From Hypanus sabinus (Eukaryota), in the NCBI RefSeq assembly GCF_030144855.1, contig NC_082734.1:17112001-17176000 (forward strand): a stretch of DNA of 64,000 nt, given 5' to 3'. Within the stretch, counting starts at the first letter, position 1. The number at the start of each line of letters is the position of its first letter. Shown here one piece after another: positions 24,901-36,115 of this stretch. Under the pieces are notes generated by a model that saw nothing but the letters and a program-made list of their open reading frames with translations, was not told the DNA's origin and ran no database searches. A program made the position numbers and the translations under genes.

Positions 24901-27900
24901 GGCAGGCAGAAAAGCCTCCACGAGTGAGAAGAGATCGACAAACTGCCCATGGAGAACATGAAGAAGAGGCTGGTGGAAATCAGCCACAGATATCGGTTTG
25001 GAGGGGGAAGTCCTGTGTTGCCCTGATTCTCCACAATAATTTTGAAATAGCAGAGAAAAAAAATTATACAGTATTCAATGATGTGATGCCTACTATGTTT
25101 TAGACTGGAAAACACCAAAGGAAATGTCCTATATTAAACAATCTAGTGTTAGTTACTGCCTTTCTTTGTCCTGCTTTCAAATGCCCTTGCAAGAGCCCAC
25201 ATATAGCTAGCTGGCCCAGCTCAGCATTACAACAGACTGTTACTGAGAAAAACCTTCCCCCAACTACTAAAACGGAGACAGCAGATGAGTAGCAGTAACA
25301 CAAAGCTGGAAGATTAATTCATGGGTGGAGCACAACCTACAAAGTGGAGACCTAAATACCGGTCATGAGTGGTTGGGTTAACATTAACTCAGCTTTGTAA
25401 TTGGAGGATAAAGTCTTACTCCAAAATTGGAGCATAAAATCCTGACCAATTTCTCTCAACTGCCTTGGTTGATGTGCCTAATAAAGTGGCCACTAAGTGT
25501 ACATCTACCCATTAATACAAATATCTAACCAGCAAATCACGTGGCTGCAACTCAATGCTCAAAAACATGGTTAAGAGGTTCAGTTGTTGTTCAGGCCAAA
25601 CATAAGAATGGGGAAGAAATGTGACCCAAGTGATCTTGGTGATTTTGACCATGGATAACCATGTGTTACCACAGTTGTGTCCAGAAGAACTTTTCTGAAT
25701 GCACAACACATTGAACCTTGAAGTGGATGGGCTACATCATCTGAAGACTACATACATTTACTCAGTGGCCAGTTTATTAGGTACAGAAGGCTGTTAGCTG
25801 TAAAGGGTTTGCAATGTGTTGAGATTGTGAAGCTGCCGTTTGCTATACCCAGGATCTACAATATGGAAGTGTTTTGAACAGGAAGTCTGACCACATGGCA
25901 GACACCTTGCATATTAAACCATTATATTCACAAATCTTCATCTGACAGCTGAAGTGTACAGAATTAATCTGCATTTAGGATGCCATTGTGGTATGGTAGT
26001 CTAATAATCAAGTTCATATTAGTATCATGATTAGGGAAACTAATCTGGAATACATTAATGTTGTGGCTACGTTAAACCGTAACACACTGGAGCAGAATTA
26101 GGCTATTCAGCCATCAGCCCTACAAAGCTACTCCATTTGCTCATGGCTGATTTATTTTCCTCTCAAACACATTCTCCTGTATTCTCCCTGTAACCTTTGA
26201 TGTCCTTATTAATCAATAATTCATTACTCTCCGGTTTAAATATATACCCATTGACAAGGTCTCCAGAGCAGCCTGTGGCAATGAATTTCACAGATTCACC
26301 ACACTTTCTGTAAAGAAATTCTGTGTATTCTGTTGTAAAAGAACTTCCTTCTAGTATGAAGCTGTGCTCGCTGGTTTTATTCCCTTAATCTGTCCAAGAC
26401 TTCCTGCAGACTCAATGCTTCCTCTGCACTGCTTGGCCCTCCACCAATTTTTGTATTGTCTGCATAAAGCTGTAAGTTCTGTCATTCCTATCATTAGCAC
26501 ACAACATGAAAAGTAGCGGACCCAACATCGACCCCTGTGGTATGCTACTAGTCTCTGGGAGGCAGCAGCCCACCAGGAAAGTTCCTGGACTAATCATCTT
26601 AGTGAGTGTGTTTGAATACTTTATAGAATCACAGACTATCAGAGCATAAGAGGTCATTCTGTCCAATGTACCAATGACGGATGATGGATCTTTGAAAGAA
26701 TAATCTGATTAGCCCCACTTTCTTATTACAATTTACCTTTTATGTACCCTTTCACTCCTCTTTTGAATGGTTCACTCCTGATATAACAACTTACAAAGTA
26801 GAAAATAATAACATCTTTCATCTGGAATTTATGATGAACCCCATCACCCAGGGCATGCCCTTTTCTCATTGCTACCATCAGGGAGGAGGTACAGAAGCCT
26901 GAAGGCACACACTCAATGATTCAAGAATAGCTTCTTCCCATCTGCCATCAGATTTCAAAATGGACATTCAACCCATTAACATTACCTTACTCATTTACTA
27001 TAATTCACAGTTTTTATTTATGTATTGAAATGTACTGTTGCCACATAACAACAAATTTCATGACATGTGCTGGTCATATTAAACCCAATCCTCATCACTC
27101 TGTCACTAGAAACAGTTTCCTCCCATTTACCATTTTTTTTCTGTTTAGTCACCTACATTAAGCCTTTCAACCTTCTCCACCAATTCTTTCATAGAACTTG
27201 AATGCGCGTAGTGTCAGAAATAAGACAGATGAGCTTGAAGCTCAGATGAAAATGGGGAACTACGATATTGTTGGGATAACGGAGACAAGGCTGCAAGGGG
27301 ATCAGATCTGGGAATTGAGTGTACCAGGGTATACGTGCTATTGTAGAGACAGAAATATGGGAAGAGGGGGTGGGGTGGCCCTGTTGGTGAGGAATGAGAT
27401 TCAGTCCTTAGCAAGAGGTGACTTGGGAACAGGGGAAGTAGAGTCTGTGTGGATTGAGCTGAGGAACAGTAAGGGTAAAAAAGACCCTAATGGGTGTTGT
27501 GTATAGGCCCCCAAACAGTAGCGTGGATATTGGGTACAAGTTGATTAGGGAGTTAACATTGGCATGTGCTAAAGGTAATGCAGTCGTTATGGGAGATTTC
27601 AACATGCAGGTGAACTGGGAGAATCAGGTAGGTGCTGGACCCCAGGATAGGGAGTTTGTGAAGTGTCTAAGGGATGTATTTTTGGAACAGCTTGTGCTTG
27701 AGCCAACCAGGAATGAGGCTATTTTGGACTTGGTGATGTGTAATGAACAGGAATTGATAAGTGATCTTGAAGTAAAGGAGCCATTAGGAAGTAGTGATCA
27801 TAACATGATAAGTTTTTATCTACAATTTGAGAGGGATAAGGGCAGATCAGAGGTGTCAGTGTTGCAATTAAATAAAGGAGACTATGGAGCCATGAGGGAA

Positions 27901-30900
27901 GAGCTGGCCAAAGTTAAATGGGCGGATGCCCTGGCAGGAAAGACAGTGGATCAGCAGTGGCAGATATTCTTGGGGATAATACAAAAGATGCAAAAGCAGT
28001 TCATTCCAATGAGAAGGAAGGATTCAAAGAGGGGGAAGGGGCTACAGTGGTTGACAAAGGAAGTCAGAGATTGTATAGCATTAAAGAAAAAGAAGTATGA
28101 CAGGGCTAAGATGAGTGGGAATACAGATGATTGGGAAAGTTTTAAGGAACAGCAGATCTTAACTAAAAAAGCAATACGGACAGAAAAAATCAGGTATGAG
28201 CTCAGTCTAGCCAGGAGTATAAAAGAGGATAGCAAAAGCTTTTTTAGCTATGTGAAGAGAAAGAAGATAGTTAAGAACAATGTTGGCCCCTTGAAGAATG
28301 AATTGGGAGAAATTGTTATGGGAAACAGGGAAATGGCAACAGAATTTAATGCGTACTTTAGATCTGTCTTCACCAGGGAGGACACAAGCAATCTCCCAGA
28401 TGTATGGATGGGCCAGGGTCATAAGATATCAGAGGAATTGAGACAGATTGACATTAGGAAAGAAACTGTGATGAGTAGACTGGTAGGACTGAAGGCTAAT
28501 AAGTCCCCGGGTCCAGATGGTCTGCATCCGAGGGTTCTAAAAGAAGTGGCTCAGGAAATTGCGGATGCATTGGTAATCATTTTCCAATGTTTCTTAGATT
28601 CAGGATCAGTTCCTGAAGATTGAAGAGCGGCTAATGTTATCCCACTTTTCAAGAAGGGAGGGAAGGAGAAAACGGAGAACTATCGCCCTGTTAGCCTAAC
28701 GTCAGTCGTGGGGAAGATGCTTGAGTCCATTATCAAGGACGAAACAGTGGCACATCTTGATGGCAGTAATAGGATTAGGCCGAGCCAGCATGGATTTACC
28801 AAGGGCAAATCATGCTTGACTAATCTGTTGGGAGTTTTTTTGAGGGTGTAACAAGGATGTTAGACGAGGGTAAGCCAGTGGATGTTGTGTACCTAGATTT
28901 TCAGAAGGCATTCGATAAGGTGCCACATAGGAGATTGGTGAGTAAAATCAGAGCTCATGGCATTGGGGGCAGGGTTTCAACATGGATAGAAAACTGGTTG
29001 GCAGATAGAAAGCAAAGGGTAGCAGTGAATGGGTGTTTCTCGGACTGGCTGGAGGTGACTAGTGGGGTACCACAGGGCTCTGTATTGGGACCACAGCTCT
29101 GTACGATTTATGTCAACGATTTAGATGAGGGCATTGAAAACTTTATCAGCAAGTTTGCTGACGATACTAAACTGGGTGGCAGTGTGACATGCGAAGAGGA
29201 CATTAGGAGAATACGGGGAGACTTGGATAGGCTGGGTGAGTGAGCAGATACTTGGCAGATGTCATTCAATGTGAATAAATGTGAAGTTATCCACTTTGGA
29301 AGCAGGAACAAGAGGGCAGAGTATTGTCTGAATGGTGTAGAGTTAGGTAAGGGAGAAATGCAAAGAGACCTAGGAGTCCTAGTTCACCAGTCAATGAAGG
29401 TGAATGAGCAAGGTCAACAGGCGGTGAAGAGGGCAAATGGAATGTTGGCCTTTGTTACAAGGGGAATTGAGTACAAGAGCAAGGATGTCCTTTTGCATTT
29501 GTACAGGGCCCTGGTGAGACCACACCTGGAATATTGCGTACAGTTTTGGTCTCCAGGTTTAAGGAAGGACGTTCTGGCAATTGAGGAAGTGCAGCGTAGA
29601 TTCACTAGGTTGATTCCTGGGATGGCAGGGCTGTCTTACGCAGAGAGATTGGAGAGATTGGGCTTGTACATGCTGGAATTGAGGAGATTGAGAGGGGATC
29701 TGATTGAAAGGTTTAAGATAATTAAAGGATTTGATAGGATTGAGGCGGGAAATATGTTCCAGATGTTGGGAGAGTCCAGTACCAGAGGGCGTGGATTGAG
29801 AATAAGAGGTCAGTTATTTAAAACAGAGTTGAGGAAGAGCTTCTTCTCCCAGAGAGTTGTGGAGGTGTGGAATGCACTGCCTCGGAAGATGGTGGAGGCC
29901 AATTCTCTGGATGCTTTCAAGAAGGAGCTAGATAGATATCTGATGGATGGGGGAATCAAGGGATATGGGGACAAGGCAGGGACTGGGTATTGATAGTGAA
30001 TGATCAGCCATGATCTCAGAATGGCGGTGCAGACTCGAGGGGCCGAATGGTCTACTTCTGCACCTATTGTCTATTGTCTATTCATTCCATTATCAGTCTA
30101 GAAAATTTCTTCTGCACCCTCCTCTAGATTGCCAGCCTGCTGAAAGTGCTGTGGCAGAATACTTCACCTGTGGTCATATTAGTAACATATAAAGGTTTAG
30201 CTTAATTTCCTTCGGGGCAGTACAGTAGTGCAGCGATTCGTGCAACATTTTACAGTACACCGTGTAAGCTCGGGGTTCAATTCCTACCATTGTACTGTCT
30301 GTAAGGAAGTTATACATTCTCCCCATGACCTCATGGATTTCCTCCATATGCTCCAGTTCCTCCCACATTCCAAAGACAGAGGTTAGGGTTAGTAAGTTGT
30401 GGGCATGCTATGTCGGTGCTGGAAGCATGGAGCTACTTGCAAGCTGCCCCAGCATATCCCTGACACAAGCAATGCATTCCACTGTGTTTCAATGTACGTG
30501 ACAAATAAAACTAATCCTTATCTTCTTCTGTAATTACTCTGGTTGTAACACCAAGTTTCTTCTGCAAACTTCTAACCTGACCCAGTTTAAAAATAGTCAG
30601 TAAATTACAAAAACAGGCTGCCCCATATTAATATCCACGAACCTCTCAGATCAACATTAAATCTCAACTGGTTCCCTCCAGAAACATGCTGTATTTTGCA
30701 CGTTGGGTAGGATCTGGCTCCATACCCACATCAATGTAGTGGTTCTCTACTACATTTTAGATGGGCCATAAACTTACTGAAGCATAGCACTCTGCTACCA
30801 GCAATTTGGAAAGAAATCACAGCAACACTATGTCAAAGAAACCAAGGGCAATAATCCTATTAGTGAAAACACACCCCAAAAATTAATTCCCTTTGAGGAC

Positions 30901-33900
30901 CAGGTTAAGAAACATTTTCGGCACTGTCACAGGACACCACCTTTTACAACCTTTCCCCTTACTTCCTGAGATGACATATTCTCTCACTTCATTATGCACT
31001 TGATCTTTGGTAGGAATGCTCCAACCAGAACAATTTATGTCAATGTACAACATGGCTCTGAGTGGTAAACAGCAAAATTAATGGGCAGTGGGAGAGACAG
31101 GGTTATCAGTCCCAAGCATCCCCAAAGGCATTTCCTCCATCATTCCACTCTGCCGTTCCAAACATAGCCCCAAAATAAGTGGCTTTCAATATGAATGGTT
31201 CCACAGACACAGAGATAATGTCTGGGCATCCAGAAAAGGGCTCCTAAGCCTTGGTACTCCCAGATGAAGTGCTGATGATCAGGGTGAGGTCTGGCTGCAT
31301 GAGAGAGGTGGTACAGGGTGACTGAAGATCGGCAGAGTACCAGAGCCAAGTCCTTCCATCCCCTCAGGCAGCTCTTCTGATTTACTGTATTCCTGACTTT
31401 AATCACTCCACACTGGGTTCCACCTTCAGCTGTCTGAACACCTGAATCCTCTCCTGTGGCCTCTCTGGCTTCCTCTCCTCCTCATGGTTGCAACTTGAAA
31501 CCTTCCAATTTGACTAAACTTTGCACTAATTGTCCATAAAGTACTTGTGTCAACCCTTTTTCCAAAAAGAACATTTTAAGGCTGTCTGTCTCTCCTTCCA
31601 TGATGCTGCCTGACCTGCAAAACATTTTCAGCATTTCCTGTTGTTGTTACAGATTACAGGCACCTGCAGCTTTTTGCTTGGAATTGTACCAGGGATGGTT
31701 TTGCTACAACAAAGGTGTGACATAGATGCATGGATTGGTGGTGGAGGATGCTGGCAGTGGAATCACTGGTTGGTGGCATTGGGAATTCTGGGACCTTTCA
31801 GCAATCTCCTTAACTCAAAAGATAACCCCTTCAATTTTTGTACAGGTTAGAAGGGAAATCCTTCAGTGAGAATCATTGTCTGAACCTGGGCATGGTTTCA
31901 GTTGTGGAAATCCTGTGTGATATTGTGTGCCTGCAACGGGCCATCAATAGTGACATTAAAGCAAGTTTCTCAAAGCCTGATGTTTAGTTCCAATGCTGTG
32001 GCTTAGATGTCACTGGTGAATAAGCCAGACCATAACTGACCCTTACACAGATGATAGAACCAGTGGCAGTTCTCAGCAAAAGATACAGTTTACAGGGGAA
32101 AAAGACGAAGATAACACCAGCCTATATCCCTGATCTGACAAGTACAATTGGAAACTGTATGTGTGTGAAATCTGTGAGGATTGGCCTAAAGAGGTTAAAT
32201 AACACTTTGTAATCATTATTCACGTTCTTCCAAGATGGTTGGCTATGAGAGCATGATGGTGTTTCATAATATCAGGTGACAGAAAACAAAGGTTTAAACT
32301 GAAAGGGATTCAATAAGGATTAAAAAAATCTCTGAAGGCGAATATCAAAGGGCAAGGTGCAGGACGGCACACATTGCTCCAGATCTTACCTTAATGTTTT
32401 GTTGAAGTCGATGGAGCTGAGGTGGGAGGGGCATCCCCCCCACCAGCAGTGCTGTCCTCATGTTGGGGAGACCCATCATCAGCTCCTTGGCCTGTCTCTC
32501 AATCTGAATGGCAAGCTCACGTGTTGGAGTCAATATCAACCCCACAGGTTGCCGGAGAGAACATTTCTTCTGAAATGAAGGAAAATAATTCTCATTTACG
32601 AACGAGGAACAGAAGTAGACTACTCAGTCCTCCAGTCTGGTCTGCTATTTCACCCCCCCCCCCTTTCCATATCAGATCCCTGCCTTTCTGTCATTGCATC
32701 ACCCTCCAGCAGCTGTCCTGAAGCAGGGTCTTGGCCCAAAATGCCAACTGCTTTTTCATTTCCATGGATGCTGCCTGACCTGCTGAGTTCCTCCAGCATT
32801 TTGTGTACGTTGCTTTGGATGTTTAGCATCTGCAGAATTTCTTGCATTAACAATTCCCCCTACGTTCCCTTGAATGCATTGGAAGTTCCTTTCCTTATCT
32901 GTTTCCATTATCACCCATTAGCCTCTCTCTTCCAAATCCACTTCTCCCTCTCTTCAACTAGGCTCCATCTGTCTGTCATCATTCACCCCTCCAGAGTCAA
33001 CCAATAATCTTACAGCCCCTGTCTTATACCCTCCTCCTCTTTGTACTGGCTACATCAGTTATGGGGCCTTGACTCTCCGATCTACCGGCTATTCCCAGGG
33101 ACACATACTGAGATAGCCATCAAGGGCTGCTGGAAGATCAACTTGATGAAAGACACTCTTCGGGCTGCCCAAAACTTAGTGTTCAGTACAGCAGGATGTA
33201 CATAAGGGAATGCTGCCGACTGCCACATTTCAGACTGGAGGAGTACGTGGTGAGGGACACACTGAGTTTGCTACAACCAACGCAAGGGCTCTGTGAAGAA
33301 GGACCGCAATTCAGACACCTTACGCCTTACGCTACCGCACACAGAGGAGTTGAGTCTGGTGGTGAATCCCCTCGAACTCTGAAAGTGTGTATCACTGATG
33401 GTGGTAAATGTTGGTAGCTCAGGATGGGGCATTTGATGTTGCAGTGTTTGCCAAGCTTGGCAATTAGCTTGCAGACGTTTCATCACCAGTCAAGGTGACG
33501 TCCTCTGGGAGCGTTCGTGTTATTATAGTCCCCCGTTCGCTTGCCCAAGGGTGCCCTGCAGGCTAGCAAAGGGAAGGATCGCCCTATACCTTCTTTGTTA
33601 GAAATGCATCTCCACCCAACAAGACAATTATGGAATTCAAATTCATTTAAGAACATTTGTTTTGACATAAGCAATATAACCAGAAATAAAACTACTGGAT
33701 TGATTCAAAAACCAATGTGATTCACTAGTTTCAAGAAATCTGCTCAATGTTTGGCCAAAAATCAAACAGACAATACCTTCTGGACCTAGTACTACACTCA
33801 GACCTTCAAAAAAATAAACCGAACAGATCACTCAGCATCAATCAAAGCACAGATGATCTTGCTAGTTCTCTTCATAAGCATTTGGGGAGAATATGAAAAT

Positions 33901-35277
33901 CATGATGTCTGTCTCAGAGATTAGAGCATAGAACAGGGGTTCCCAACCTTTTTAATGCCATTAACCGAGGGGTCCGTGCACGGTAGTGTAGCTACACTGC
34001 CTAACATTCCCATGTAAGCTGGCTCCATTCGCCATGTTTGGCCCAATTCCCTCTAAACCTTTCCTATCTATGAACCTTTTTAGTTAATCATTCCCTCTGT
34101 CAGTTGCTTCCACATACCAACTGCCCTCCGAGTGGAAAAACCTGTCCTTCAGGTTTCTGCTAAATCTCTTCCCTCTCAGATTAAATCTATATGCTTTTTT
34201 GTTCTTGATTCCCCAACCAATTGCCACTTGTTGCTGGCCCCAAATGCCACCCAGCCAACTCTGGGCACCTTCTGACTCTGCCTCAGTCACACAGACTCTG
34301 TCCATCTCCTTCTGGCCCCACTGTAACCCAAATGCCAAACAATCCTACCCATCTCTTATTGGCCACACCTTTCAGCCAAACCCCACTGGTCACTGCCATG
34401 CTTTATCATGTTATGGCCTCCCATCAATGGCCATAGGCCCTGTCCATCACCTTCTGCCCTCGCCCCAATTCAACCTAGCCCCACCTTAATTATCTCAGCT
34501 TATACCCCACTGGACACACTGCCCTGTCCACCATTCTCTGGACCTCATCTGATTCCCTTTCCATCTTCTGGCCTTGCTGCCTACCTCCCTCAGTGCTGCC
34601 ATGATGACTGGGAGTAGGAAGGCCGCCGTCTTCCCTGAGCCGGTGTCAGCCGCCGCTAGCACGTCCTTCCCCACCAGGCCCTGTGGCAGCATCTGCATCT
34701 GCACCGGGGTGGGGCTGTGGTAGCCCAGCCGATGCAGGTTGGCACTCAGGGTGTCAGGGAAGCCGCAGTGCTCGAACTCCACGATGGGCCTGAGGGTGGG
34801 GCCCTGCACAGTGATACCCAGCTGCTGCTGCAGGGTCTCCACCTGCCCATCTGACAGGCTGGAGATAAAGGGGTGCTCCCGGTACTGGCCATCCGGGACC
34901 GCTTCCTCCTGGCTGGACTCCCCTGCGCCTTGAGGGCGGCCCGCTCCCGTGATCTGCTGCAGGTGCTTGGCCTTGCACTCCAGGCTGCACACGTCAGTGT
35001 CCGTCTCGTCGCAGATGTACTCCCCGTAGCGGCCGCACATAGAGCAAACCGGCTCCCCCGGCTCCGGCCAGCGCTGGCTTTGGCTGAGGGCTTTCACCGG
35101 CTCCTCGTCGCCACTTTCCCCGGCTCCCAGCGGCCCTCCTCCCCCTTCAGCCGCACAGCTCTGGGCCTGCTGGCTCTCGTCGGGTTCGGAGTTGCCAGCC
35201 AGGGTCCTGCTTCGCTTGGTCGCGTGCTCATTGCTTTCCTCAGCCCTCTTCACCTTCAGAGACCTGGGTACAAACAT
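15695..35277 (-). CDS. DDX59: DDX59, probable ATP-dependent RNA helicase; join of 7 coding exons (35277-34585, 32569-32390, 24588-24499, 22258-22007, 21259-21107, 17846-17718, 15964-15695), about 588 aa
   Basis: Exons join in frame through GT-AG introns, all phase 0. Protein starts [11 protein letters not shown] and has a zf-HIT ([28 protein letters not shown]), Q motif, [36 protein letters not shown] and HQVGRAGR, ending [12 protein letters not shown]...DIIKKHD; this matches vertebrate DDX59 as recalled. Confidence 0.96.
16150..16945 (+). mobile_element. Internally deleted CR1 fragment in the last DDX59 intron
   Basis: [35 protein letters not shown], followed by a CR1-type 3' end. Confidence 0.85.
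17397..17545 (-). mobile_element. tRNA-derived SINE
   Basis: Minus strand has A box TGGTGCAGTGG and B box GGTTCGAATCC followed by a non-tRNA body. Confidence 0.7.
17718..17846 (-). CDS. DDX59: DDX59 coding exon 6 ([21 protein letters not shown]...YVHQ)
   Basis: cttttccag|GGT...CAG|gtaatg; 129 nt. Confidence 0.95.
21107..21259 (-). CDS. DDX59: DDX59 coding exon 5 ([20 protein letters not shown]...NQILQ)
   Basis: cttgtacag|GAT...CAG|gtaaat; 153 nt. Confidence 0.95.
22007..22258 (-). CDS. DDX59: DDX59 coding exon 4 ([12 protein letters not shown]...SAT...KLFEILN)
   Basis: 252 nt; donor gtaagt; acceptor is ttttgttgag (GAG). Confidence 0.92.
22575..22880 (-). mobile_element. RTE-derived short non-autonomous element, same family as 54570-54995 and 60650-61000
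   Basis: Shares ggctc.tggtagggtcaccca, cagcaatgaagaatc and a (TAAG)n tail with the other copies. Confidence 0.6.
23260..23790 (+). mobile_element. Degraded CR1 3' fragment
   Basis: [23 protein letters not shown] motifs. Confidence 0.75.
24499..24588 (-). CDS. DDX59: DDX59 coding exon 3 ([30 protein letters not shown]); not in the ORF track
   Basis: tgttctgcag|GTT...GATGAG|gtaagt; 90 nt; contains motif Ib TPGRL. Confidence 0.95.
25477..25781. mobile_element. Tc1-like element remnant
   Basis: Mutually inverted motifs cctaataaagtggccactaagtgta and tactcagtggccagtttattagg. Confidence 0.55.
26085..26580 (-). mobile_element. Internally deleted CR1 fragment
   Basis: Minus strand [14 protein letters not shown] followed by a CR1 3' end. 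Confidence 0.75.
27198..30081 (+). mobile_element. CR1 LINE with near-complete ORF2 (APE endonuclease and RT), antisense in a DDX59 intron
   Basis: [59 protein letters not shown]; (CTATTGT)n tail; two frameshift sites and two TGA stops. Confidence 0.97.
30214..30527 (+). mobile_element. V-domain tRNA-derived SINE (HE1-like); related copies near 2741-3010(+), 5700-6530(-), 20545-20820(+), 21360-21715(-), 42050-42360(+), 48270-48520(-), 52240-52470(-), 54400-54520(+), 57190-57460(-), 58200-58420(-), 61520-61720(-)
   Basis: tRNA-like head with ggttcaattcc and the conserved core ...ttctccccatgacc...tgctccagtt.cctcccaca.tccaaagac. Confidence 0.75.
32390..32569 (-). CDS. DDX59: DDX59 coding exon 2 ([20 protein letters not shown]...LQQNIK)
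   Basis: Acceptor ttcatttcag (NAGNAG, so a start 3 nt later is possible), donor gtaaga; 180 nt. Confidence 0.93.
33082..33320 (+). mobile_element. Tx1/L1-like LINE 3' fragment
   Basis: [19 protein letters not shown] resembles the recalled Tx1-clade ORF2 C-terminus. Confidence 0.5.
34585..35277 (-). CDS. DDX59: DDX59 coding exon 1 (ATG, zf-HIT, Q motif, Walker A), 231 codons
   Basis: ATG at 35277; ends ...IMAALRE|gtaggc. Confidence 0.95.
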
Positions 35278-35714
35278 TGTCCGGTAACTGCTCAGCACAT
35301 TCCACTTCCTGGAACAGGGGCAGGGGGCATCTGCGGAGAGACAAGCATCAATTGCTAATCAACAACAAATCCTGTTATCTTCCTATCACTATCCTCATGT
35401 GGTCATTTTAAAAACTTTATTATTCCAGCTAAGATGTTAACTTGGAACAAGAGAAAGATATTGAAATAGATCTGCACATGTAATACCAACTAAAACAGTG
35501 AATTTAACACAGAGACTGAAATTGCCTGGAAGGGGACACACTTCCTCTGGTTCAGGAGCACCTGGCTTCGTCCCACTCAGGAAGCTTCAGCACAGCAGAA
35601 TGGGCGTCCAGGGCACCACTGTTAAACCAAAGCTCTGATATTTGATTGGATGCCAATACTACTTGTTTGCATTTTCCTGCCAGTGGCACTTACAAATGCT
35701 GTTAGTGTGGCTAC

Positions 35715-36115
35715 ATTAGCTGCTACAGATCTACACCTCGGGTGGTGGGGTGGAGATGCGTCTCAACCAAAGGAGGTGCAAGGAGTGCCCTCCCTCCGCT
35801 GGCCTGCAGGTCACCCTTGGGCAAAGCGTGGCACCTGCTTAGCTTCCCTATCAGGATCACGCAAAGCCATGAGATCAGGTCATACAAGGAGCTGGTGCAT
35901 ATCACAAGTCCTGGTTACACGGCCACGACACCAGGCAGATAATCTCTGAAGAGTATTGAATATTGAAGAGTATTCACCTGTCTAGTGAGGACACTGCCCA
36001 GAAGAAGGCAATGGCAAACCACTTCTGTAGAAAAATGGACCAAGAACAATCATGGTTGTGGAAAGCCCCAAATGCCTACATCATACAACATGGCATATAA
36101 TGATGATGATGATAT
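35715..36115 (+). mobile_element. RTE/BovB-related short non-autonomous element
   Basis: gaagaaggcaatggcaaaccacttctg...catgg motif and (GAT)n tail; partial inverted copy near 33530-33620. Confidence 0.55.

Noticed and set aside
28621-29243. Selenocysteine/readthrough or APOBEC editing at the two CR1 TGA codons
   Set aside because: Both are single G-to-A changes at Trp codons; two events are too few to show editing, and ordinary decay explains them.
35278-35298. ORF-track start MLSSYRT for DDX59
   Set aside because: That M is a GTG codon; the conserved start is the ATG at 35277.
34873-35358. Antisense ORFs over DDX59 exons (also 15642-16088)
   Set aside because: Shadow ORFs of GC-rich coding exons.
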